Below, piece by piece: positions 18,479-27,613 of a stretch of DNA of 49,109 nucleotides (within the stretch, counting starts at the first letter, position 1; each line of letters starts with the position of its first letter). The DNA lies in the NCBI GenBank assembly GCA_902564345.1, contig CACFAY010000006.1, forward strand, positions 1 to 49,109, read 5' to 3'. The position numbers and the translations under genes are program-made. This DNA is from an uncultured SAR324 cluster bacterium (GTDB lineage Bacteria; SAR324; NAC60-12). The notes beneath the pieces were generated by a model that saw only the letters and a list, made by a program, of their open reading frames with translations, did not search any database and was not told where the DNA came from.

Positions 18479-19329
18479 TATACATTTATAACTAAACGAA
18501 TTGGTTGATGATCGGAGGCATTTGTTTCAGTATTTACCGAGATTTGATTTATTTTCTTTGTTAGGCTTTGACTTACGAAAAAATAATCTCTGCAATGAGG
18601 GCCAATTCCCCATTGTTTGAAATCAAAAATTCCGCAGGTTGGAATATGGGAATTGTTCCCCTTTTGCGATGCCCATGCATCAACAAGGTCCATTTTATTT
18701 TCAGAAAACTCTGCTATCATACTTAAGTAAGGTTTGCTGTATGGAGTAAAGTTAAAATCACCACAGATGACAGTCTTTTCAGGGCGTCTTACGAGTTCAA
18801 ATGGAGTGTCAGGCATGTCTTTACTAGGGTAGTGAAATTGGTAATATGCTTCATTATGAATTTCGCGTATGCGATTTATTTGAGCCATTTGCTGTATTTC
18901 TGAAAAAAATTCAAGATGAGTAGACATTACGCGTAGATTAATTGTTTTTACAGGTATTATTAATTCTGTTATCTGCCTTGACATGAATTTTACTTTTGGA
19001 TCAGCAGGAGATGGCAGCAGGTGATGAAGAACTTGTAAGGGTGATAGCTTTGATAAAACAAGGTTCCCAAATTGTTTTCGATTTTCCCCTTTGCCTGCGG
19101 AACGATCATGAACTGCTCCAAAAAATGATTCATAATCTGGGAAAAAGCGTTCAAGTTCCTTTACTTGATCAGCCCCCTCACTGATAGAGGGATAGTTTCT
19201 TGAGACTTCCTGAAAACAAATCACATCAGGTAATTTATCTTTGTGAATAGTTTCTGCTATGCGACTTAAATCAATACGTTGGTCAGAACCTTTACCGTAC
19301 TGAATATTCCAACTGACAATTGTTAACAT
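18478..19329 (-). CDS. Endonuclease/exonuclease/phosphatase family protein
   Basis: SWNIQ, DVICFQEV, FGNLVLS, STHLE, ICGDFN, RDYFFVS, ASDHQP. Confidence 0.9.
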   Translation of the reverse strand: MLTIVSWNIQYGKGSDQRIDLSRIAETIHKDKLPDVICFQEVSRNYPSISEGADQVKELERFFPDYESFFGAVHDRSAGKGENRKQFGNLVLSKLSPLQVLHHLLPSPADPKVKFMSRQITELIIPVKTINLRVMSTHLEFFSEIQQMAQINRIREIHNEAYYQFHYPSKDMPDTPFELVRRPEKTVICGDFNFTPYSKPYLSMIAEFSENKMDLVDAWASQKGNNSHIPTCGIFDFKQWGIGPHCRDYFFVSQSLTKKINQISVNTETNASDHQPIRLVINV

Positions 19330-19335
19330 GACTTT

Positions 19336-20742
19336 TTAATTTACTACATTCACACCCACAACATTTTGTCCCTGATGTGCTAATAGTCTTGTAGTCAAAA
19401 TTTTATTCTGAAAATCATAGCATCCTTTTTCAGTCAGTATTACTCTTATATAATTGTCTGTGTAACCACTTATATTTCCTTTAGAATCAGGAGATTCCCA
19501 AAGTACTTTTCTGATCTTTCCCAGAAATTGGTCATGAAATTTATGTCTTTTTTGAGCACTAAGTATTCTCAAAATATCTCCTCTTTTTTGTTTTACTGAT
19601 GGCAATACCTGATTTTTAATAGTGTAAGCCGTTGTACCTTTTCGCCTAGAAAAAGGAAAAACATGAAAATAAGCAAAAGGGAGTTTTTCCAACAAATTTT
19701 TTGTACATTCAAATTCTTCTGAGCTTTCTTCAGGGAACCCAACCATCACATCAGTACCGATGCATATATCTGGGACTTCTTCATATGCTTCCCATACCTC
19801 ATCAGCATATTGGGCGGACGTATAACGGCGTCGCATTTTTTGTAAAACCGAATCAGATCCCGACTGCAAGGGAAGATGGAAAAATGGAACTAGTTTGTGC
19901 TGTGGATCAGACATATACTCAAAAAAAACCTTTGGAAAAGTCGTTGGTTCAATTGAACTGATGCGGATACGCTCTAATCCTGAGAGATTATTAAGAAAAT
20001 CCACGACTCCAATAATGTTTTCTTTCTCAGTCTCGTATGTCCCTATATTTACACCCGTTATTACTATTTCACGAACCCCTTCCGAAATAAGCATTTTGGC
20101 TTCATCCTTTAAATTTTCTAATTCACGAATGCGTGAACGTCCTCTAGCAAAAGGAATGATACAAAATGTACACATGAAATCACAACCGTCCTGAACTTTT
20201 AACATTGCTCGTGTATTTTTTATACCTACCTCAAGACGTGTTTCTTGTCCATATTTTAATCTTTTTAGTTCCTTTGCCTTGAATTCTTGGCGATCTTCTG
20301 AAAAATTTTTTATTTTAAATTTTTCGTCTTTTGAAAATACTGGTGTAGCAAATGTTTTCCTACTTATTTTTGGCCTAACAATTAAAGGATAATCATTAAG
20401 TTTCAGATTTTTCAGGTATTCAGTAATCTTCATTTTATCTTGATTCCCTAGAACAATTTTAACGCCTTCAATGCCCGCTAAAGTATCGGGGTTCATTTGT
20501 GCGTAGCACCCAGTGACTGCAATTATTGCTTCAGGATTTTGACGGTGCAGTCTTCTAATAAGCTGTCGATTTTTTGAGTCGCTTTGTTCGGTAACAGTAC
20601 AAGTATTTACTACGCAGACATCTGCCTTTTCTGTTTCATTAATAACGGTATAACCATTCTGCTTAAAGTTGCGGATTAAACTTTCAGTTTCATATTGGTT
20701 TAGACGACAACCCAAAGTATGAAAAGAAACACGTTTTTTCAT
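19336..20742 (-). CDS. mtaB: tRNA t6A37 methylthiotransferase MtaB
   Basis: TLGCRLNQYE, VNTCTVT, VTGCYAQ, radical SAM KVQDGCDFMCTFCIIP, HLPLQSG, HVFPFSRRKGT, GYTDNY. Confidence 0.92.
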   Translation of the reverse strand: MKKRVSFHTLGCRLNQYETESLIRNFKQNGYTVINETEKADVCVVNTCTVTEQSDSKNRQLIRRLHRQNPEAIIAVTGCYAQMNPDTLAGIEGVKIVLGNQDKMKITEYLKNLKLNDYPLIVRPKISRKTFATPVFSKDEKFKIKNFSEDRQEFKAKELKRLKYGQETRLEVGIKNTRAMLKVQDGCDFMCTFCIIPFARGRSRIRELENLKDEAKMLISEGVREIVITGVNIGTYETEKENIIGVVDFLNNLSGLERIRISSIEPTTFPKVFFEYMSDPQHKLVPFFHLPLQSGSDSVLQKMRRRYTSAQYADEVWEAYEEVPDICIGTDVMVGFPEESSEEFECTKNLLEKLPFAYFHVFPFSRRKGTTAYTIKNQVLPSVKQKRGDILRILSAQKRHKFHDQFLGKIRKVLWESPDSKGNISGYTDNYIRVILTEKGCYDFQNKILTTRLLAHQGQNVVGVNVVN

Positions 20743-20935
20743 AAATTCAGTGTCCTCATAATTTCCATTTATTCATTTACAGAGAGTTGTAATGGTGTGT
20801 ATGATTAAATTTCTAGTGGTGAAATTTTGCTTAAAAGTAGACTGGTATTTGTCTTCCTGTTAATATGATTGTAGTAATTTTAATCTCCATAATCAAAAGA
20901 AATTTAAAATTATGAATGTTACATTGCACTCATAA

Positions 20936-22603
20936 TTGGAATTATTCCCCAAAATGATTAATTTCAATACTAATCCTAAAAAATATCAACACTGGACTTT
21001 GGAAATAAAGGGCCAAATTGCTTCACTTATTCTTAATGTTAGTGAAGAAGGCGGTCTTTATAAAGGGTACAAATTAAAACTTAATTCTTATGACCTTGGA
21101 GTTGATATTGAACTTAATGACGCAATACAGCGTTTACGTTTTGAATATCCACAAGTCAGTGTAGTAGTAATTACTTCTTCCAAGGATAAAGTTTTTTGTT
21201 CAGGTGCGAATATTAAGATGCTTGGTCTTTTGTCTCATGCGCAGAAGGTAAATTTCTGTAAATTCACAAATGAAACAAGAAATTCAATTGAAGACTCAAC
21301 TAGATTTTCAGGACAGACTTATATCGCCGCCATTAATGGTGCTGCTGCAGGGGGGGGATACGAGCTTGCGTTGGCATCGGATTATATTTTGCTGGTAGAT
21401 GATGGTTCTAGCGCTATTTCATTACCTGAAGTTCCAATGCTTGCAGTACTTCCCGGTACTGGTGGGCTGACGAGGATTGTGGATAAGCGAAATGTGAGGC
21501 GTGATCATGCTGATTTTTTTTGCACCATTGCGGAAGGATTGCGAGGTAATCGTGCAGAGCAATGGAAACTAATTGACGAACTTGTTCCACGCTCTAAATT
21601 TTCTGAAACAGTTGAAAAACGGGCAATGGAAATTTCAGAGAAATCTAACAAGCCAGCAAGCTTAAAAGGAATTGATCTAACTGATCTTACAAGGGAGTTT
21701 AATGATAATAGCATAACATATGAAAACATTTTGATAACTTTAGATCGTAAGACAGGAGTTGTAAATCTGACGATAAAAGGGCCTTCTGGAGATTTACCAA
21801 TGGATCCTGAAAGCATTGCAATATTAGGAGATAAATACTGGCCTCTAGCTCTAGCAAGGGATCTTGATGATGCAATTATACACCTATCATTCAATGAACT
21901 GGAATTAGGTACCTGGGTTTTCCGCTCAGTGGGAGATATTGATAGTGTAGCAGATGTGGATGATATTTTAATTAAACACAAAAATCATTGGCTAATAAAT
22001 GAGATAATTCAATACCTCAAACGAGTACTGAAACGTCTTGATCTTGCTTCTCGTAGCTTAGTCACGCTTGTAGAACCAGGCAGTTGCTTTGCTGGAACTT
22101 TGCTAGAATTGGTTTTTGCTGCGGACAGGAGCTATATGCTTGACGGAACTTTACAAGATAGTAATGATTCTCCTGCGGTGCTGCGAACAACTAAAATGAA
22201 TTTTGGAAATTTGCCAATGTGCAATGACCTAACCCGCTTGCAGACTAGATTTCTGAACCAACCCGAGGAAGTGAAAAAAATTCATGACCATAGAGGAAAA
22301 GACATTCCAGCATTAGAAGCATTTGAGTCAGGAATGGTAACTTTTATTCCAGATGATATAGACTGGGAGGAAGAAGTTAGAATCGCCATTGAAGAAAGAA
22401 CAAGTTTTTCACCTGACGCATTAACTGGCATGGAAGCTTCTTTAAGATTTGCAGGGCCGGAAACACTTGAAACAAAAATATTCGGGAGATTATCCGCCTG
22501 GCAAAACTGGATTTTCCAGCGACCAAATGCAGCAGGGGAAAATGGAGCATTAAAGCTATATGGTACGGGTAAATTGGCCTATTATAATAAGGAGCGTGTT
22601 TAA
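20936..22603 (+). CDS. boxC: 2,3-epoxybenzoyl-CoA dihydrolase (crotonase-like BoxC)
   Basis: KLNSYDLGVDIELNDAIQRLRFE, KVNFCKFTNETRN, AGGGYELAL, ETKIFGRLSAWQNWIFQRPNA; likely start ATG 20954. Confidence 0.95.
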   Translation: MELFPKMINFNTNPKKYQHWTLEIKGQIASLILNVSEEGGLYKGYKLKLNSYDLGVDIELNDAIQRLRFEYPQVSVVVITSSKDKVFCSGANIKMLGLLSHAQKVNFCKFTNETRNSIEDSTRFSGQTYIAAINGAAAGGGYELALASDYILLVDDGSSAISLPEVPMLAVLPGTGGLTRIVDKRNVRRDHADFFCTIAEGLRGNRAEQWKLIDELVPRSKFSETVEKRAMEISEKSNKPASLKGIDLTDLTREFNDNSITYENILITLDRKTGVVNLTIKGPSGDLPMDPESIAILGDKYWPLALARDLDDAIIHLSFNELELGTWVFRSVGDIDSVADVDDILIKHKNHWLINEIIQYLKRVLKRLDLASRSLVTLVEPGSCFAGTLLELVFAADRSYMLDGTLQDSNDSPAVLRTTKMNFGNLPMCNDLTRLQTRFLNQPEEVKKIHDHRGKDIPALEAFESGMVTFIPDDIDWEEEVRIAIEERTSFSPDALTGMEASLRFAGPETLETKIFGRLSAWQNWIFQRPNAAGENGALKLYGTGKLAYYNKERV

Positions 22604-22835
22604 AATCTTATAATAATTCATTAATGTTTTTGTAGGTTAAGTTTTGAAAAATAATCCTAACTTTGAGTACATTTTAAAATTTTCAGCTAATCCTAACCTA
22701 TTTTTATTTAATTAAATGACTCTCACTTTATCATTTTAAGAGTTCACATATAAAATTATTTTTGATCTTTGATTTGTCTTGTACAATCAAAATCAAATTG
22801 GTTTTTAATTAAAATTAATATTATATTTCAGTTAT

Positions 22836-24251
22836 ATGACCATTAATTATAATGAGAAAATACCTAACAATGTTGATTTAAGCAGTGATAGAAGACTGCA
22901 GCGAGCATTGGAAAATTGGCAGCCAAAATTTCTTGACTGGTGGGAAGAACTTGGTCCTAATTATAGTTCTGAGTTCGATGTCTATCTGCGGACTGCCGTA
23001 AGCGTAGAAAAACAGGGATGGGCCCATTTTGATTATGTTAAAATGCCTGAATATCGATGGGGGATTTTTCTTACTCCATCAGACCCCAACAGGAAAATTG
23101 ATTTTGGTATGCACAAAGGAGAGCCTGTCTGGCAAGAGGTCCCTGGTGAATATCGTTCAGAGCTGAGACGCTTGATAGTAACTCAGGGTGATACTGAGCC
23201 AGCTTCAGTTGAGCAACAGAGGCATCTGGGTAAAACATGTCCTTCATTATATGACTTAAGAAATCTATTTCAGGTAAATGTTGAGGAAGGAAGACATTTG
23301 TGGGCAATGGTTTATTTATTACAAGCGTACTTTGGACGAGATGGTAGGGAAGAAGCAGATTCCCTTCTGGAAAGACACTCCGGTGATCAAGACAAACCCC
23401 GTATTTTGGGGGCCTTTAATGAAAATACTTCGGACTGGCTTTCTTTTTTTATGTTTACATATTTTACTGATCGTGACGGAAAATTTCAGTTGGCTTCTCT
23501 GGCAGAGTCAGCATTTGATCCATTGTCACGTTCATGCAGGTTTATGCTGACTGAAGAAGCACACCATATGTTTGTAGGAGAAAGCGGGGTGGGGCGAATA
23601 GTTCAGAGAACTTGTGAATTAATGAATGAATATAATACTTTTGATGTTAGAGAATATGGAGGAATCGATCTTCATACTCTGCAAAAATATCTCAATTTTC
23701 ACTTTAGTGTTTCCACTGATTTATTTGGCCAAGAGATTTCTACTAACGCGGCAACATATTTTAATACAGGACTAAAGGGTCGGTTGAACGAAGCAAGGAT
23801 TAATGATGATCATTTACTTCATGATGCAAGTTACCCAGTATTTCAAGTTAGTGAAGAACAAATATTTATAAACGAAACTCCTGCACTTAATGCCATAAAT
23901 GAACGTCTTCGTGATGACTACATTGCAGACTGCGATTTAGGGATAAGAAGGTGGAATAAAATAATTGAAAATTCAGGTCATGAATTTCGTTTTGAACTCC
24001 CCCACCGAGCTTTTAACAGAAATATAGGCCATTTTTCAAATATTAAAGTAAACCCAGAAGGAAGAATTATTTCTCAGCAAGAATGGGAAAAACGAAAATT
24101 TGAATGGATTCCTTCAGAAAGCGATCAATCATTTGTACAGTCTTTAATGAAACCAGTTATTGAACCAGGGAAAATAGCTGGATGGATTGCTCCACCTAAA
24201 GGCAGGATTAATCGTCAATCTTTTGAGTTTGACTATGTGCGTTTCAATTAG
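22836..24251 (+). CDS. boxB: Benzoyl-CoA 2,3-epoxidase diiron subunit
   Basis: IPNNVDL, YLRTAVSV, QGDTEPASVEQQ, VNVEEGRHLW and MLTEEAHH diiron ExxH motifs, WIAPP. Confidence 0.96.
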   Translation: MTINYNEKIPNNVDLSSDRRLQRALENWQPKFLDWWEELGPNYSSEFDVYLRTAVSVEKQGWAHFDYVKMPEYRWGIFLTPSDPNRKIDFGMHKGEPVWQEVPGEYRSELRRLIVTQGDTEPASVEQQRHLGKTCPSLYDLRNLFQVNVEEGRHLWAMVYLLQAYFGRDGREEADSLLERHSGDQDKPRILGAFNENTSDWLSFFMFTYFTDRDGKFQLASLAESAFDPLSRSCRFMLTEEAHHMFVGESGVGRIVQRTCELMNEYNTFDVREYGGIDLHTLQKYLNFHFSVSTDLFGQEISTNAATYFNTGLKGRLNEARINDDHLLHDASYPVFQVSEEQIFINETPALNAINERLRDDYIADCDLGIRRWNKIIENSGHEFRFELPHRAFNRNIGHFSNIKVNPEGRIISQQEWEKRKFEWIPSESDQSFVQSLMKPVIEPGKIAGWIAPPKGRINRQSFEFDYVRFN

Positions 24252-24280
24252 GTATTGCTTAGATATTAACTACGAAAAAA

Positions 24281-25882
24281 ATGGGAAAAAACACTGTAAT
24301 TATTGATACTTTTTCCAGACCAGCAAAGATTGAATTTACGTCCGAATTTAACGTTGCCGTTCCCTTTATTGATCGGCACCTTGATGAAGGCAGGAGGGAA
24401 AAAATTATAATACATACAACTTCAGGAGAAAAAGTAACTTATGGACAGCTCTTTGAGCGGGTCAATCAATCTGGGAATGTACTCAAAAGCATTGGCCTAG
24501 ATCCTGGTGACAGGATTCTGATGGTGGTTAAAGACTCTCCAGAATTCTTCTACTTATTCTGGGGGGCAATCAAGGCGGGTTTTATTCCAGTCCCGCTTAA
24601 CACTTTGTTCCGTTGCAATGATTATTCGCATATTATTGAGGATTCAGAGTGTGCTGCAGTTTTCTACTCCCCGGAATTCAAGACTGAAGTAGAATCAGCT
24701 TTAGCTCAAGTTTCTAGGAGTCCAGATCATTCATGTCTTACTGAAGGTGTTTCTGGAAGCTTTTTGGAACAGTTACAATCAGCTTCATTAGAACTTGATG
24801 CAGCACCTAAATCTGTAAATGATGATTGTTTTTGGCTCTATTCTTCCGGAACTACAGGAAAACCTAAAGGAGTGGTCCACAGTCATCGTGACATGGTGGT
24901 AACAAGTCAGCATTACGGTATAAACACTCTTGGAGTGAGAGAAGAAGATGTTTGTTTTTCAGCTGCAAAACTATTTTTTGCTTACGGTTTGGGAAACGCG
25001 ATGACATTTCCTTTATGGTCTGGTGCTTCCTGCATTTTATTTCCAGAACGTCCAACTCCTCAGTCAACTTTTGATATAATAAAGCAATTTAAGCCTTCAA
25101 TATTTTTTGGAGTTCCTACCCTTTATGCGGCACAGTTGAAGGAACTTAAATCAGGTTCAGACAGTTCTAATGCAATCCCAGATCTTTCTTCGATTAGAAT
25201 CGCAGTTTCTGCAGGTGAAGCCCTGCCAGCTGATATACTTCGCCGATGGAAAGAACATACGAAAACGGACATTCTCGATGGAATTGGGTCCACAGAAGCA
25301 TTGCATATTTTCATTTCAAATAGTCCGGATGATATCAGAGCAGGGAGCAGTGGAAGAATGGTGCCGGGGTATGATGCAAAAATTGTTGATGAAAACGGTA
25401 AAGAAGTTTCACAGGGTGAGGAGGGTCGTCTATTAATTCGTGGAGATTCAACCTGTAAATACTACTGGAATAATGAGCAGAAGACTGCTGAGACAATTGA
25501 GGGTGGATGGCTGCATACTGGAGACTCGTATCATCAAGATGAAGAAGGATACTATTTTTATGGGGGACGAAGTGATGATATGATGAAAGTAGGTGGAATA
25601 TGGTGTTCCCCATTTGAGATTGAAGCTAGGCTGGTAGAGCATCCAAAAGTACTGGAAGCCGCAGTTGTGGGACGTGAAGACGATTCAGGATTGATCAAGC
25701 CTGAGGCGCATGTGGTCCTTAATGATTCTGATGAAGAAACTGAATCTGTAACTGCTGAATTGCTAGTACACTGTAAATCGGGACTTGCTCCTTACAAATA
25801 TCCTCGATGGTTTAACTTTGCAGAACAACTTCCAAAAACTGCTACAGGTAAGATACAGCGTTATAAATTGCGATCTAACTGA
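24281..25882 (+). CDS. Benzoate-CoA ligase family protein
   Basis: FWLYSSGTTGKPKG, SAAKLFFAYGLGN, SAGEALP, DGIGSTE, DDMMKVGG, PKTATGKIQR; 29 nt after boxB. Confidence 0.9.
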   Translation: MGKNTVIIDTFSRPAKIEFTSEFNVAVPFIDRHLDEGRREKIIIHTTSGEKVTYGQLFERVNQSGNVLKSIGLDPGDRILMVVKDSPEFFYLFWGAIKAGFIPVPLNTLFRCNDYSHIIEDSECAAVFYSPEFKTEVESALAQVSRSPDHSCLTEGVSGSFLEQLQSASLELDAAPKSVNDDCFWLYSSGTTGKPKGVVHSHRDMVVTSQHYGINTLGVREEDVCFSAAKLFFAYGLGNAMTFPLWSGASCILFPERPTPQSTFDIIKQFKPSIFFGVPTLYAAQLKELKSGSDSSNAIPDLSSIRIAVSAGEALPADILRRWKEHTKTDILDGIGSTEALHIFISNSPDDIRAGSSGRMVPGYDAKIVDENGKEVSQGEEGRLLIRGDSTCKYYWNNEQKTAETIEGGWLHTGDSYHQDEEGYYFYGGRSDDMMKVGGIWCSPFEIEARLVEHPKVLEAAVVGREDDSGLIKPEAHVVLNDSDEETESVTAELLVHCKSGLAPYKYPRWFNFAEQLPKTATGKIQRYKLRSN

Positions 25883-25913
25883 ATTACACCTAAGAGATCA
25901 TCATTTCTAACTT

Positions 25914-26540
25914 ATGATAACATACGACCTATTTTCTCATAGCAATGCAGGTTGCGAATATTGTTCTGAGATAGATATCCCCGATGCAGAAGTTTTTCTG
26001 TATCCTTCATTACTGTCCAATCAGGAAGCGGATCAGCTGTTTGACTCTCTTAAAACAAGTATTATATGGGAAAAACACAAGATAAAGATATATGGAGTAG
26101 TACATGATGTACCAAGACTTACCGCATGGTATGGTGATCCAAATAAATCATATGAGTATTCAGGAATTAAACTACAAACCAGACTTTGGAATTCACCTCT
26201 GCTAAAAATCAGAGAAAAAATTGAAACAATTTCCAAAACAAAATATAACAGTGTTTTACTGAATCTATATCGATCAGGTTCAGACAGTGTATTATGGCAT
26301 AGCGATGATGAGCCTGAATTGGGTAAAAACCCTGTTATTGGGTCCTTGAGTCTTGGTGAAGCAAGAGAATTTCAAATGAAACACAAATATGATCGTGATC
26401 TGAAACAAAAAATTTTACTTAAGCATGGCAGTTTTTTACTGATGAAAGGCAAAACTCAGCACAATTGGCTGCACCAGATTCCAAAAAGAAAGAATTTAAA
26501 AGGTGAGAGGATAAATCTAACTTTTCGTACTATTCATTAA
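25914..26540 (+). CDS. alkB: AlkB-family 2OG-Fe(II) dioxygenase (ALKBH2/3-like)
   Basis: PRLTAWYGD, LLNLYR, WHSDDE (HxD), SLSLG, WLHQIPK, RINLTFR. Confidence 0.9.
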   Translation: MITYDLFSHSNAGCEYCSEIDIPDAEVFLYPSLLSNQEADQLFDSLKTSIIWEKHKIKIYGVVHDVPRLTAWYGDPNKSYEYSGIKLQTRLWNSPLLKIREKIETISKTKYNSVLLNLYRSGSDSVLWHSDDEPELGKNPVIGSLSLGEAREFQMKHKYDRDLKQKILLKHGSFLLMKGKTQHNWLHQIPKRKNLKGERINLTFRTIH

Positions 26541-26551
26541 AAAAATAAGAG

Positions 26552-27043
26552 ATGATGCGACAATTATTCTCAAAATCGGGAGCTGTTTTTTCTGATTGTA
26601 GAAAATATAGATACGCGCTCTGGCGAATTTGGGATGGGAATAAATCCCTTGCCATGATAATTGGTTTGAATCCATCGACTGCTGATGAAAATTCAAATGA
26701 TCCTACGATAATCCGGTGCATAAGTTTTGCCCGTTCATGGGGATATGGAGGAGTATTAGTAGCTAATCTTTTTGGGTTTCGTGCAACCTCTCCAACTGAG
26801 CTTAAGGCATACCATGAACCTGTTGGGAAGGAGAATGATTTATGGGTTCATGAAATAGCAAAAGAAGCTGTGATAAAAGTTGCTGCATGGGGTAACTATG
26901 GGAAATTCTTAAATCGTTCTGAAAAAATTTTGACTTCATTGGATCAATTACATTGCATTCAAATGAACAAGTCCGGTGAGCCAGCACATCCTCTATACTT
27001 GAAAGCAGAATTAATGCCTGTTCCAATGGATAGCTGCCATTAG
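26552..27043 (+). CDS. DUF1643 family protein
   Basis: A.FS.CRKYRY.LWR.W, IGLNPSTAD...DPTI.RC..FA..WGYG...NLF.FRAT.P, AAWG, PAHPLY. Confidence 0.85.
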   Translation: MMRQLFSKSGAVFSDCRKYRYALWRIWDGNKSLAMIIGLNPSTADENSNDPTIIRCISFARSWGYGGVLVANLFGFRATSPTELKAYHEPVGKENDLWVHEIAKEAVIKVAAWGNYGKFLNRSEKILTSLDQLHCIQMNKSGEPAHPLYLKAELMPVPMDSCH

Positions 27044-27192
27044 ACTGGAAAACTTTTTTTTTGGTAGAAAATATTAGTTATGTCCTGATATAGAGATGGA
27101 ACTCTGATTGCTGGAAGGGATATTTGTTTATATACTTACTATCAACCTCTTAAGGAATTATTACTAACAAAATATTAAATAATAACTTTATT

Positions 27193-27522
27193 ATGACCGA
27201 TTTGGCTAAAAAAACCTGTGTTCCGTGCAGAGGCGGTGTCCCACCACTGAAAGGCACTCAATTAAAAGAACTGCAGGATAAATTAAAAAATGATTGGAAT
27301 ATAATTAACGAGCACCATCTGGAAAAAGAATATTCATTTAAAAATTTTAAAGAGGCGCTTGATTTTACAATTAAAGTTGGAGAACTTGCTGAGAATCAGG
27401 ATCATCATCCGGATATTTTCCTTACATGGGGAAAAGTAAAAGTAACAATATGGACTCACAAAATAGATGGATTAACAGAAAGCGATTTTATCTTTGCAGC
27501 AAAGACTGACAGGGAACTTTAG
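27193..27522 (+). CDS. phhB: Pterin-4-alpha-carbinolamine dehydratase
   Basis: CVPCRGG, FKNFKEA, AENQDHHPDI, WTHKIDGLTESDFIFAAK. Confidence 0.92.
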   Translation: MTDLAKKTCVPCRGGVPPLKGTQLKELQDKLKNDWNIINEHHLEKEYSFKNFKEALDFTIKVGELAENQDHHPDIFLTWGKVKVTIWTHKIDGLTESDFIFAAKTDREL

Positions 27523-27613
27523 GAACAAAAATGTAATTTGGTAAAATCCAGTCTCTAAAACTTTGTAAATTAAAATTATAAAATACTTAAATTCTACTTT
27601 TAGTTTAAGCACG

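Noticed and set aside
22769-22790. TTGAT...ATCAA resembling an FNR box upstream of boxB
   Set aside because: Spacing is 12 nt rather than the required 4
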